A stretch of 64,000 bases of DNA from Gammaproteobacteria bacterium (GTDB lineage: Bacteria > Pseudomonadota > Gammaproteobacteria > Eutrophobiales > Eutrophobiaceae): positions 1,216,001-1,280,000 of the forward strand of contig CBDEUK010000002.1 of the NCBI GenBank assembly GCA_965243205.1, read 5' to 3'. The translations under genes were made by a program, and so were the position numbers. The stretch's first letter is position 1; every line of letters begins with the position of its first letter. Positions 20,128 to 30,488 of the stretch are shown here, piece by piece. Below the pieces are notes generated by a model. It did not search any database. It was not told where the DNA came from and worked only from the letters and a program-made list of their open reading frames with translations.

Positions 20128-23100
20128 TTACTCCAAAATTTTTGGCTCTGAAATACAATAGCCTTGCCCGTAATCAATACCAATTTCGTGTAACTTTTGT
20201 TTAATCTCTTGAGTTTCCACAAACTCAGCGATGGTCTTCATTCCCATCACACCAGCAACATCTTTAATTGAACGAACCATTTCATAATCCACTTGATCAT
20301 CTGCAATATCTCTTACAAATGACCCATCGATTTTAAGATAATCAACTGGCAACTGTTTTAAGTAAGCAAACGAAGAAACACCACTGCCAAAATCATCTAG
20401 GGCAAACATGCAACCTACACTTTTAATGGTTTGCATTAAACTTAAAGCCGTAGAAATATTTGAGATTGCTGCAGTCTCTGTGATTTCGAAACAAATTTTA
20501 TCTGGCGGAACATTCGTCTCATAAAGTTTCTGTAACACAGAATCAAGATATTGAATGTTATTCATTGAGTGTCCAGAAATATTTATAGAACACATTTTAA
20601 TATCATCCAATCGATGAGTATTGGACGTCATCCATTCTAATACTTGATTAAACACCCAAGTATCAATTTTAACGGCGAGGTTATAACGTTCAGCAGATGG
20701 CATAAAAGAAGATGGTGTAATTAATTTATTATCTTCATCCAACATTCTTAGAAGAACTTCAAATCGTTCGCCTTTTGAATCTTTATTAAATGGTGAGATG
20801 CTTTCGATAGCTTGGTGATACAATACAAATCGTTCTTCATCCAAAGCCTGATTAATAATAGCTGCCCATTGTACTTGTCCATGTTTGCCGGAAATTTCTG
20901 GATCGTCTGGTGTATAGATATGAACACGATTACGCCCAGCATCTTTGGCCGCATAACAAGCCACATCAGCTTCACGTAGAATAGAATTAAGGGATTTACT
21001 TTCACCTGGAGAAATTGGCACCAAGCCAATACTAACACCTAAAATAAAGCGTTTGCCTTCCCAAATATAACGAAACTCTTCGATATACTTTCTCATTTCA
21101 TTGGCAACACGTTGTGCTTGTTCCAAAGTGCAGTGTTCCATTAAGATGCCGAACTCATCACCGCCCAGCCTTGCTAAAGTATCACGCTTACGAACCGCAT
21201 TACTTAAGATGCCACTGATCTGTCTTAGTAATTCGTCACCTGCTAAATGACCACAAGTATCATTAACGATTTTAAATTGATCGAGGTCTAAATAACATAA
21301 TGCATGATGAGCAGTATTTTTATCATTAGAACTCAAGACACGTTCAAGTCTTCTTTCAAATTCAGCACGATTAACTAAACCTGTTAAAGAGTCATGACTC
21401 GCTTGATAACTCAATTGCTCTGATAAACGTTTGTTTTCTGAAATATCTTCGCAAACAATTAAAATTCTTAACTCATCATTAACGTTATCTTTAATTGAGC
21501 GAATGGTGTATCTGACCCAGATATTACCACCACTTTTAACTTTCTTCTCAAACTCGGCATTTTGGATTGAACCAATATCTGTCAATGAATCATTAATACG
21601 GGCTCTAACGTCATCAATGTAAACTTTATCAATGATTGAAAAAATCGTCTCGCCTAGGATATCAACTTCTGAATATCCTAGTTGACTGGTCACATGGTTA
21701 TTTAACGATAAGATAATGCCATCTTTATCTAGGCTAAAAAGCATTAATGGATTATCTTGGTATAATGCTCTAAACCTTTCTTCACTCGTTTTTAAAGCTT
21801 TTTCAACTTTCTTCTTATCAGTAATATCGGTCATCGACCCCATAACGCGTATAGGTTTTTTGTAATCGTCATACATTATATAAGCACGATCATTGACTGT
21901 TATATAACGTCCATCAATTTGTTTTAAGCGATACTCTCTATTCCAATAATTTTCTTTATTATTAACTGCATCCCTAAAACTCTCATAAGTGGAATCTCGA
22001 TCTTTAGGGTGGATAACCGTTAACCAATCCGCTAATTCTGAAGAAGAATATAGATTTGCAAAATCCTTATCATTACGCCAAACTTTTTTAGTTAATAAAT
22101 TCCAATCGTATAATGAGTCACTGGTCGCCATAGCAATCAAACGAAATCGCTCTTCGTTTTGAGCCAGAATATTTTTAAGGTTTTCTGAGGCAGAAACATC
22201 ACGAATTGATAAGACAATTCCATTGATACTATTGTCAGATGAACGGCTTGGTGAATATAAAATACTAATATCACTTTCACCTTTAGGAAGCGTAACTCTT
22301 AATTTATCTTGCTTTATCTGTCCTTCAAGTGTTTTTTCCAAATACGGTTTAATTTTTGAATTAAATAAATCCGTACTCCATAACTCATCCATTTTTTTAT
22401 TCTCAATAAAATTCTTGGAACACTGGAACATTTCCAAATAAATTTTATTGGCGTATAAAATTTTAAAATCTTTATCCAGAAATAGTATTGATTCTTCTAC
22501 AACAGAAAGCGCGTCATCAACACGTTTCAGACTGGTTTCTGTTTCTTTTTGTTTGGTAACATCTTTAACTAGGAAAATTAATTCTTTAACTGAATTAATC
22601 TCTGAATATTGAATATTAATATCCGCAGAGTAAAAACTACCATCTTGACGATTGATAATTGTATTAATGCTAATAAGCTCGGATTCATTGTTTTGTAATT
22701 CTTTTATTACGGCTTCAATTTTTTCATCAGAAAATTCTGGAAGTATATTTAAATAATGTTGATTTTTTAGCTCATTTAAATCATAAGCAATATTTTCCCT
22801 GGCCCCAGAATTAGCATAAGTAAATTGACGTTTATCGATATCAAATACAAAAAACTCACTTAAAGACTGCTCTAAAATTTTACCTAGCCTATCTTCGGTA
22901 TATTGGCTCATGCGTTTTTGAGTAATATTATTACTCACAACATAAATTTCGAGCAGCTCATTATTAGATCCCATTTTCGGGATCATGGTCACTTCATAAA
23001 ACTTATCTTTTAAAGAACCTTGTCCTGCATATTCAAACTGAACATGTTCACCTTTTTTAACTATTGCTAAAAAATCATGCAGTTTTTCAAATTCTACAGA

Positions 23101-24507
23101 GCCAACAATTTCTTCTAATGATTTTCCAATAGTTAAATGGTTTGAAGAATTAAACTCTTTACTATAAGCATCATTATAAAATTTCAATTTTAAATTAGCG
23201 TCATAACAAGAAATACTAATAGACAAAATGTCACATAATTTTTGTATATCTTCTATGTCGACGTTTCCGATCGGCACATCATTAACTAAATTTGGATATT
23301 GCTCAGTTGTTACAATCGAAAATATATATGGTACTTTTTCATCAACGACCATGATTGATGAAATAGTCATAGAATCTTTTTGATCGAGTTTATTTCTATA
23401 TTCGATCGATTTATCTTGAATGCGGCCTTCAGATTTTAATTTTTCACTGAACTCACGGAATGTTGAATCAGAAAAAATATTAACATCTAAAATATTACGA
23501 CCAAGTATGTCTTCTTTTTGAAATCCTGTTAAGTTAGTAAAAGCAGGATTAATTTTTGTCACTATTCCATCGTTTAATTGAATAGCAAAAACGGGGCTTG
23601 GAATAGAATCAAAAATTTTGAAAATACGTTTGCGACTATTATTGGCAACTTGCTCCTCTACCTTATTAGTAGATACATCAACACTCACACCACGTAATCG
23701 ATATACATTCTGATTTTCATCTTTAATAACGGTAATATTTTCATGTATCCATACATACTGATTATGTTTATTTTTAATTCTGTAACTAATTTCAAAATCT
23801 TTGCCCTGCTTAATCGAAGCAAGACAAATATCCAATATTCCTTGTAAATCTTCAGGGTGAATAAAATCAGAATTAAATTTAATTGACCCCAACCATTCAT
23901 CTGCTGAATATCCAAGCACATGACTTAATGAATCACCAATAAAATTGTATTTAAAATCTGGGTAACTACATTCCCAAAAAACAGCGTTTAGACCATCTAT
24001 CAATGATTGATATTGAGCATGTTCCTTAAGGATCGTGCTTGGAACGTATGATTGACTTAATTCAGTTTTTTGTAGTGATTGAATACTTGCTTCTTGTGAT
24101 AACTCGGAAGGGTTAACCAAATCAACGATGCAATAGCAAAAATAAAGTGAGTCATTTTTCTGTAATCCTTTCATTAAAACAACTTTAAGAAAGAATTCAT
24201 CGCCTGATTTAGTATTGGCTTTGAATACACCTTCACTGCGACCAGTTGCCTTCATCTCAACAAAAAGGTCGATGGATTTACTGCAATCTTCCGTAATACA
24301 TAACTCAGACAGTGACATGCCGATCATTTCGGACGATAAATAACCAAATAATTCGGCAAATTGTTTATTGACGCTCAGAAACTGAGCATTGCTATCCAAA
24401 CGGGCAACACGCTCTAACGCATCTTGAAATAAATCTTGATACGTACCTTGAGTTGCCGGTTCTGCCTGCGTCGTTTTTGAAGGTGATTCTGAACCTTCAT
24501 CAGCCAT
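20128..24507 (-). CDS. Multi-PAS diguanylate cyclase/phosphodiesterase (GGDEF-EAL)
   Basis: Several PAS/PAC repeats; HDSLTGL, RLGGDEF, EVLLR, FEITE, ALDDFGSG, LKIDGSF. Confidence 0.93.
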   Translation of the reverse strand: MADEGSESPSKTTQAEPATQGTYQDLFQDALERVARLDSNAQFLSVNKQFAELFGYLSSEMIGMSLSELCITEDCSKSIDLFVEMKATGRSEGVFKANTKSGDEFFLKVVLMKGLQKNDSLYFCYCIVDLVNPSELSQEASIQSLQKTELSQSYVPSTILKEHAQYQSLIDGLNAVFWECSYPDFKYNFIGDSLSHVLGYSADEWLGSIKFNSDFIHPEDLQGILDICLASIKQGKDFEISYRIKNKHNQYVWIHENITVIKDENQNVYRLRGVSVDVSTNKVEEQVANNSRKRIFKIFDSIPSPVFAIQLNDGIVTKINPAFTNLTGFQKEDILGRNILDVNIFSDSTFREFSEKLKSEGRIQDKSIEYRNKLDQKDSMTISSIMVVDEKVPYIFSIVTTEQYPNLVNDVPIGNVDIEDIQKLCDILSISISCYDANLKLKFYNDAYSKEFNSSNHLTIGKSLEEIVGSVEFEKLHDFLAIVKKGEHVQFEYAGQGSLKDKFYEVTMIPKMGSNNELLEIYVVSNNITQKRMSQYTEDRLGKILEQSLSEFFVFDIDKRQFTYANSGARENIAYDLNELKNQHYLNILPEFSDEKIEAVIKELQNNESELISINTIINRQDGSFYSADINIQYSEINSVKELIFLVKDVTKQKETETSLKRVDDALSVVEESILFLDKDFKILYANKIYLEMFQCSKNFIENKKMDELWSTDLFNSKIKPYLEKTLEGQIKQDKLRVTLPKGESDISILYSPSRSSDNSINGIVLSIRDVSASENLKNILAQNEERFRLIAMATSDSLYDWNLLTKKVWRNDKDFANLYSSSELADWLTVIHPKDRDSTYESFRDAVNNKENYWNREYRLKQIDGRYITVNDRAYIMYDDYKKPIRVMGSMTDITDKKKVEKALKTSEERFRALYQDNPLMLFSLDKDGIILSLNNHVTSQLGYSEVDILGETIFSIIDKVYIDDVRARINDSLTDIGSIQNAEFEKKVKSGGNIWVRYTIRSIKDNVNDELRILIVCEDISENKRLSEQLSYQASHDSLTGLVNRAEFERRLERVLSSNDKNTAHHALCYLDLDQFKIVNDTCGHLAGDELLRQISGILSNAVRKRDTLARLGGDEFGILMEHCTLEQAQRVANEMRKYIEEFRYIWEGKRFILGVSIGLVPISPGESKSLNSILREADVACYAAKDAGRNRVHIYTPDDPEISGKHGQVQWAAIINQALDEERFVLYHQAIESISPFNKDSKGERFEVLLRMLDEDNKLITPSSFMPSAERYNLAVKIDTWVFNQVLEWMTSNTHRLDDIKMCSINISGHSMNNIQYLDSVLQKLYETNVPPDKICFEITETAAISNISTALSLMQTIKSVGCMFALDDFGSGVSSFAYLKQLPVDYLKIDGSFVRDIADDQVDYEMVRSIKDVAGVMGMKTIAEFVETQEIKQKLHEIGIDYGQGYCISEPKILE

Positions 24508-24729
24508 TGGAAAATTCCATACAGTACTAAATTAATTATTTTTTTGTATTTTGGGACTAGTTATTCAGTTGGGAAAATATCATAAACCCTTAAATCTTCG
24601 AGAAATATTTTCCTAATTTAAAGATATAGCACATAGGAAATATAGCAATAGGAAATTTTATGGAATCAGGTTAACAGTTTCTACTTCTGATCATCAAAAA
24701 TTAAGCAGAACTGTTAGAGTATGACTGGC

Positions 24730-25212
24730 TTATCGCACCCTATATATAGGCGGAGCGCCATCTGCTGCGGTCTGATAAGTCACTGAAAACTCATCAAAAG
24801 CTGCCATAGCCGATGAAAAATCTTTGTCTTCGCGTAAGGCAAATGCATCGATTCCACAACGGAGCATATAAAATAACTGATCATGCAGCACGTCACCCAA
24901 AGCCCTTAACTCACCTTTGTAGTCATAGCGATCGCGTAATAAGCGAGCATGGCTATAGCAACGGCCATCGGCAAAAGCTGGGAATTGCAGGCCAATCAGC
25001 TCAAATTTTTCAATATGTTCTACAACATCTTCAATGTCATCCGCCCCATTCAAAACAATCGTAACTTTCCCTGTATGTTTTTCTAGCTCAGCCTGATTCT
25101 CTTTCCAATACGAGAATGGCAGCATGATATCGCCACTAGGCAATGAGCCTTCAACTTCTGCAATAAACTGCCAACTATCTTCTAAAATTTGCTTATTTTT
25201 TATTATCTTCAT
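24730..25212 (-). CDS. DUF934 family protein (sulfite reductase partner)
   Basis: FPAFADGR.YS.ARLLR, ELRALGDVL.DQL..M.RCG; start set at MKIIKN downstream of cysI. Confidence 0.85.
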   Translation of the reverse strand: MKIIKNKQILEDSWQFIAEVEGSLPSGDIMLPFSYWKENQAELEKHTGKVTIVLNGADDIEDVVEHIEKFELIGLQFPAFADGRCYSHARLLRDRYDYKGELRALGDVLHDQLFYMLRCGIDAFALREDKDFSSAMAAFDEFSVTYQTAADGAPPIYRVR

Positions 25213-25222
25213 ATCAACTCTT

Positions 25223-26875
25223 CTATTGAGGATAGACTCGCTCTTTAAATGGCTCGATACCAATACGGCGATAAGTCTCCAGAAAAATTTCCTCACCTTC
25301 ACGCTGCTCTAAATAGACGTCTAAAATATCTCCAATAACATCTGCGACTCGTTCTTTATCCACTGCAGGACCTAAACGATCACCAAGTACTGCATCATTT
25401 TCTGCTGATCCGCCCAACGTTAACTGATAAAACTCAATACCTTTCTTATCCACACCCAAAATGCCAATATGCCCTACATGATGGTGGCCACAAGCGTTCA
25501 TACAACCCGACATTTTGACTTTGATATCGCCAATATCATGTAAGAAATCCATATCATCAAATTTCTTGTTTATCTGTTCAGCAATACCAATAGAACTAGC
25601 ATTAGCAAGTGCACAAAAATCTAACCCAGGGCAACAAATCATATCCGTTAATAATCCGATATTTGGAGTCGCAAGGTCATTGGCGTCTAGCTTTTGCCAC
25701 AATGCATATAAATCAGCTTGTTTGATATGTGGTAGAACCAGATTTTGATCGTGAGTAACAACGATTTCGCCATAACTGAATTCATCTGCCAAATCTGCAA
25801 TGATATCCATTTGCTCATCAGTTGCATCGCCAGGCGCTATATCAGGCGATTTCAATGAAATGATAGCGATTTTATAACCAGCCGCTTTATGATCACGTAA
25901 GTTACGCCCCGCCCATGCAGCAAATGCAGAATCTTTTGCCAAATTCTCAGTATAAGTACTATCAAGTGCTGCTTTAGGATCAAAATTTGGTAATGTGAAA
26001 AAGCCTTGCATACGCTTGATTTCTTTTTCACCTAACTTAAGCACGTCTTCTTTTATCTGTTGCCACTCAGCTTCCACCATTTCGGTAAATTTTTCTTTTC
26101 CAGTTTCATTCACCAAAATTTTGATACGTGCTTTATACTTGTTATCACGTCGTCCATATTGATTATAAACACGCAATATAGCCTCTAGATAAGACAATAA
26201 ATATTCTTTCTCTAAAAATTCACGGATAACTTTGCCAATTACAGGTGTTCTACCTAAACCACCGCCGACTAATACTTTAAAACCTACCTCGCCTTGATCA
26301 TTTTTGACTAGATATAAACCTATATCATGCACTTGAACTGCAGCTCGATCGTTTTCTGCACCAGACACAGCAATTTTGAATTTACGTGGAAGATAAGCAA
26401 ACTCAGGATGAAAGGTTGACCATTGGCGAATCATTTCACAATACGGACGTGGATCTTCTAATTCATCAGGGGCAATACCTGCAAACTGATCTGAGGTGGT
26501 ATTACGTATACAGTTACCACTGGTTTGAATGGCATGCATTTGTACAGTGGCTAAATCAGCCAAGATATCTGGAACTGTTTCTAATTTCGGCCAGTTATAT
26601 TGAATATTTTGACGCGTACTGAAATGACCGTAGCCTTTATCGTATTTTCGAGCAATGTGAGCAAGCATGCGTAGCTGCTTTGAAGATAGCAAACCATAAG
26701 GAATAGCTACTCGTAACATTGGAGCATGCGTTTGCACGTACAAACCATTCATAAGACGTAATGGCCTATACTCGTCTTCCGCTAATTCGCCTGCTAAATA
26801 TCGTCTCGTTTGATCTCGAAATTGCGCAACTCGTTCATCAACAATCGTTTGATCGTAATTATCGTATTGATACAT
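25223..26875 (-). CDS. cysI: Nitrite/sulfite reductase hemoprotein (CysI-like)
   Basis: GHFSTRQNIQ, TSGNCIRN, LPRKFKIA, CCPGLDFC, SGCMNACGHH. Confidence 0.9.
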   Translation of the reverse strand: MYQYDNYDQTIVDERVAQFRDQTRRYLAGELAEDEYRPLRLMNGLYVQTHAPMLRVAIPYGLLSSKQLRMLAHIARKYDKGYGHFSTRQNIQYNWPKLETVPDILADLATVQMHAIQTSGNCIRNTTSDQFAGIAPDELEDPRPYCEMIRQWSTFHPEFAYLPRKFKIAVSGAENDRAAVQVHDIGLYLVKNDQGEVGFKVLVGGGLGRTPVIGKVIREFLEKEYLLSYLEAILRVYNQYGRRDNKYKARIKILVNETGKEKFTEMVEAEWQQIKEDVLKLGEKEIKRMQGFFTLPNFDPKAALDSTYTENLAKDSAFAAWAGRNLRDHKAAGYKIAIISLKSPDIAPGDATDEQMDIIADLADEFSYGEIVVTHDQNLVLPHIKQADLYALWQKLDANDLATPNIGLLTDMICCPGLDFCALANASSIGIAEQINKKFDDMDFLHDIGDIKVKMSGCMNACGHHHVGHIGILGVDKKGIEFYQLTLGGSAENDAVLGDRLGPAVDKERVADVIGDILDVYLEQREGEEIFLETYRRIGIEPFKERVYPQ

Positions 26876-27002
26876 ATATTCTTGTCTAACCCATCAATTT
26901 TCAAGGGCAGAGAAGATAGCAAGCTGCGCTTATAAAGAAAAGAATAAAATTTATCTATCGATAGAAGGATTTGTAATTAAAAGACAGGTAAAAACAGAGT
27001 AA

Positions 27003-27221
27003 TTAATGGTGAAAACGATACTGTGTGATCAAGGAACGACCTTTTCGCGTTAAATAGCCTTCATCATCGAGATAGCCCATATCAATCGCTTTTAAATACA
27101 CTTGTCTGGAATTATTAATGCGAGATGGATACATCAAGCCCTCGCCGTATTGCGATTCTAGTAAAGCAGCGATTTGTGTTTCAATTGATTCCTTGGCGGC
27201 ATCATTACGAACTTCGGACAT
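27003..27221 (-). CDS. Small hypothetical protein
   Basis: 72-aa ORF with AGAGG SD; GYLDDEGYLTRKGR suggests a winged-helix wing. Confidence 0.6.
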   Translation of the reverse strand: MSEVRNDAAKESIETQIAALLESQYGEGLMYPSRINNSRQVYLKAIDMGYLDDEGYLTRKGRSLITQYRFHH

Positions 27222-27400
27222 CTTAAATTCAACCTCTAAATTAATGAGTTCGTTATGGATAATTATGGTGTGAAAAATCCATTACAAAATTTATTTATAT
27301 ATATTAGATACTTATATAGTTAAATGAAAGTTATTAGTCAAGTATTGTTTGATGCTATTGTGATCAAGGTACGTTTTAACTTTCATTTGTATAAAAAAGT

Positions 27401-27427
27401 TTATCGACCATCATCAGACTATATTTA
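27401..27427 (-). promoter_or_regulatory. Sigma28 (FliA)-type promoter candidate
   Basis: Minus strand TAAA-N15-GTCGATAA (consensus TAAA-N15-GCCGATAA). Confidence 0.55.
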
Positions 27428-27501
27428 GAAATAAAAATTCACTACAGACCTTTCTAAGAAAAGGCGTGATGATAAACAAAGTATTAATTGGAAATGACGA
27501 T

Positions 27502-28614
27502 TTAAGGTAAGTGTTGTTTAGCCAAATAGTCGTGAGAGGACATTTCGTTTAAACGGCTGATAGTACGCTTAAAAGGTTCAGCCAGGCGTTTACCGGTATA
27601 AATTCCTTCTGCTTTCGATTCGGCAGTAATTATAAGTTTGACGTTTCGATCATAAAATTCATCCACCGCCGTCATAAAACGTTTTACTTGGTCGACCACC
27701 AAATCATCCAGGATAGGCAGATTTGCCAGTAACACGGTTTGGAATAAGCGCGCCATTTCGATGTAATCAGCAGCACCTCTAGGTCCATCACATAGAGCCT
27801 CGAATTCGAACCAGACAACACTATCCGCAATTCGAATAGTCTGAATTGGCCGCCCTTCTATCTCAATGATCTTATTTTGCGTGCCGACATCAGGAGCAAT
27901 ATGCTCAAAATTTGTCTCTAACATCGCATAAGCATTTTCGTCTAAAGGATAGTGATAAATTTCGGCCTTATCTAAAAACTGTAGTCGATAGTCTGTACCA
28001 GAATCAACATTTACGACTTTGGTAAATTTCTTGAGCAAGTCAATCGCCGGCAAAAACCGTTCGCGTTGTAAACCACCAGAATACAAATCATCGGGAATTT
28101 GGTTTGACGTCGTAATTAACGTAACACCTCTATCAAACAAGCCCTGCAACAAACCAGCTAATAACATCGCATCTGTAATATCAGCAACATGAAATTCATC
28201 AAAACATATAACTTCAGTATCGCGAGCTATTTCTTCGGCAATGATTTCAAGTGGATTCGTAACATCCTTCAAAGATTTAAGTTTGTCATGCACCATGTGC
28301 ATAAAACGATGAAAGTGCATGCGCATTTTTTGTTCGAATGGCAAGCAATCAAAAAACAAATCGACTAAATATGTTTTACCTCGACCAACACCACCCCAAA
28401 AATACAAACCTCGAACGCTATTAGAAGATTGTTTAGAAAAAATGGTTTTGAATTTCGAAAGCAAATTATCATTTGAACCACGATTCTCATTACGCTTTAG
28501 CAATTCTTTAAAAACCCGATTCAGTTCCTCGACCGCGATTTTTTGTGCTGCATCCGATTCAATTTCATTGTTATCTAAGGCAGCTTGATAAGATTTAAGA
28601 GGCGTATTAATCAT
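27502..28614 (-). CDS. zapE: AFG1-family ATPase / cell division protein ZapE
   Basis: GLYFWGGVGRGKT, HFHRFM, CFDEFHVADITDAM. Confidence 0.93.
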   Translation of the reverse strand: MINTPLKSYQAALDNNEIESDAAQKIAVEELNRVFKELLKRNENRGSNDNLLSKFKTIFSKQSSNSVRGLYFWGGVGRGKTYLVDLFFDCLPFEQKMRMHFHRFMHMVHDKLKSLKDVTNPLEIIAEEIARDTEVICFDEFHVADITDAMLLAGLLQGLFDRGVTLITTSNQIPDDLYSGGLQRERFLPAIDLLKKFTKVVNVDSGTDYRLQFLDKAEIYHYPLDENAYAMLETNFEHIAPDVGTQNKIIEIEGRPIQTIRIADSVVWFEFEALCDGPRGAADYIEMARLFQTVLLANLPILDDLVVDQVKRFMTAVDEFYDRNVKLIITAESKAEGIYTGKRLAEPFKRTISRLNEMSSHDYLAKQHLP

Positions 28615-28647
28615 TACAGACCATTAAAAACTTTGTAAACTGAATTT

Positions 28648-29334
28648 ATGTTTATTATTTTCATCATTGTCCTAGTTTTAATTATTATTTTTGGCCCACA
28701 ACTTTGGGTGAAATACACCCTAAAACGCTACAGTGACCCAATTGCCTCTCTTCCAGGAACTGGAGGCGAATTAGCGAAACACTTATTAAACCGTTTAGAG
28801 ATCAATAACGTCAAGGTCGAAGAAGGAAAAACTGACGAGAATCTATACGATTCTCACAATAAAATTGTGAAATTAGCACCCGACGTTCATAACGAAAAGT
28901 CACTCACCGCGGTCACTATCGCAGCACATGAAGTCGGTCATGCTATTCAAGACCATGTTAATTATGCACCAATGAGAGTTCGCGAAAAGCTAGCTAGAGT
29001 AACTTTTATCCTTGAAAAAATTGCAGCTGTTCTATTAATTAGTGTGCCGTTTATTTCTTTATTAACCCGAATACCTCAATTAGGTATTGTGACGTTTCTT
29101 TGTGGGATTTGTATTTTGGGTTTACCCATCTTATTACACTTAATCACTCTACCTGTTGAATTTGATGCTAGTTTCAATCGTGCGTTACCCGTCTTAGAAC
29201 AAGGAAATTACTTGCCTGACAAAGCAATGCCGATTGCCAATAAAATCTTAACAGCAGCAGCGTTAACTTATGTTTCAGCTTCACTGATGAGTTTATTGAA
29301 TTTTTATCGATGGATTGCAATCTTACGCAGATAA
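28648..29334 (+). CDS. Neutral zinc metallopeptidase (YugP-like)
   Basis: AAHEVGHAIQ, TLPVEFDASFNRA, AAALTYV. Confidence 0.88.
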   Translation: MFIIFIIVLVLIIIFGPQLWVKYTLKRYSDPIASLPGTGGELAKHLLNRLEINNVKVEEGKTDENLYDSHNKIVKLAPDVHNEKSLTAVTIAAHEVGHAIQDHVNYAPMRVREKLARVTFILEKIAAVLLISVPFISLLTRIPQLGIVTFLCGICILGLPILLHLITLPVEFDASFNRALPVLEQGNYLPDKAMPIANKILTAAALTYVSASLMSLLNFYRWIAILRR

Positions 29335-29337
29335 TAT

Positions 29338-30408
29338 TTAAAACAAACTCATCTGAGATTTGAAACAGTCTGGATTGAATAGAACCGTATCTAACTTTAT
29401 GCGCTGTTTATTTAAATTAAGTTTATTGCAAATTAACTTAAAACGTTGAGAAATGATCTCAGCATAATTGCCTTGACCTGATTGTCTGCGTCCAAATTCA
29501 CTATCATTCTCTTTGCCGCCTCTTATATCTTTTACCATATTCATAACATGTTGCGCTTTAAGCGGTTCATGTAAGTCTAGCCATTCTTTAAAAATTGGTT
29601 TTACTTCCATTGGCAGTCTTAACATCACATAACCCGCATTATTAACACCACAATCTGCAGCTTTGATTAGAACTTCTTCCATTTCAGTATCATTAATCAC
29701 TGGTATCACTGGGGCAAACATTATACCTGTAGGAATATTATGTTTGTTGAGGTTTTCTAAAGCCTTTAATCGGCTATGTGGCGCAGTTGCTCGTGGTTCG
29801 AGTTTTCTAGCCAGTTCATTTTTTAATGTGGTTATGGAAATAAAAATTTGTACTAATTCTTTTTCTGCCATTTCAGCCAATAGATCAATATCTCTTTCGA
29901 CTAAATTATTTTTAGTGACAATCGTTAACGGATGATCACAAGCATGCAGCACTTCAATGACCTCACGTGTAATTTTATATTCACGTTCTATGGGTTGATA
30001 GGGATCAGTATTAGTTCCTAACGCCATTGGTGAGCATTGATAATTCGTTTTTGTTAATTCTTTTTTCAATAATGTTGCTGCATTCGGTTTGGCAAACAAC
30101 TTCGATTCAAAATCTATCCCTGGCGATAGATCCATATAAGCATGTGCTGGGCGTGCATAACAATAAGAACAACCATGTTCACAACCACGATACGGATTAA
30201 TCGATTGGCTAAAAGGAATATCGGGTGATTGATTACGTGTGATAATCGTTTTTGCATTTTCAATCGTGACTTCCGTTTTAATCTTTTGCTGTTCTTCGTC
30301 GACTGTTTCCCAACCATCGTCAATATCCTCATATTCGAAAGATGAATATCGGTTATCAATTAAGGCTGATGTACCACGACCTTTAACTTTTTTAGCTTTG
30401 GATTTCAT
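29338..30408 (-). CDS. PA0069-family (spore photoproduct lyase-like) radical SAM protein
   Basis: INPYRGCEHGCSYCYAR (CxxxCxxC), GTNTDPYQPIE. Confidence 0.9.
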   Translation of the reverse strand: MKSKAKKVKGRGTSALIDNRYSSFEYEDIDDGWETVDEEQQKIKTEVTIENAKTIITRNQSPDIPFSQSINPYRGCEHGCSYCYARPAHAYMDLSPGIDFESKLFAKPNAATLLKKELTKTNYQCSPMALGTNTDPYQPIEREYKITREVIEVLHACDHPLTIVTKNNLVERDIDLLAEMAEKELVQIFISITTLKNELARKLEPRATAPHSRLKALENLNKHNIPTGIMFAPVIPVINDTEMEEVLIKAADCGVNNAGYVMLRLPMEVKPIFKEWLDLHEPLKAQHVMNMVKDIRGGKENDSEFGRRQSGQGNYAEIISQRFKLICNKLNLNKQRIKLDTVLFNPDCFKSQMSLF

Positions 30409-30488
30409 CTAATTTTCATTCAAATAGATTAAACTGATGATGGTGTTTCTCTGGCTGTGAAGATGTTATTCACGTAAAATCACGACCC

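Noticed and set aside
24624-24656. Tandem repeat ATATAGCA(C)ATAGGAA x2 upstream of the GGDEF-EAL gene
   Set aside because: Only two imperfect copies and no recognisable operator; function cannot be supported.
25213-25302. N-terminal extension of the DUF934 ORF overlapping cysI
   Set aside because: Overlaps the cysI 3' end; family-like sequence begins at MKIIKN.
26930-26970. Possible CysB site upstream of cysI
   Set aside because: AT-rich and the consensus is too loose to call by eye.
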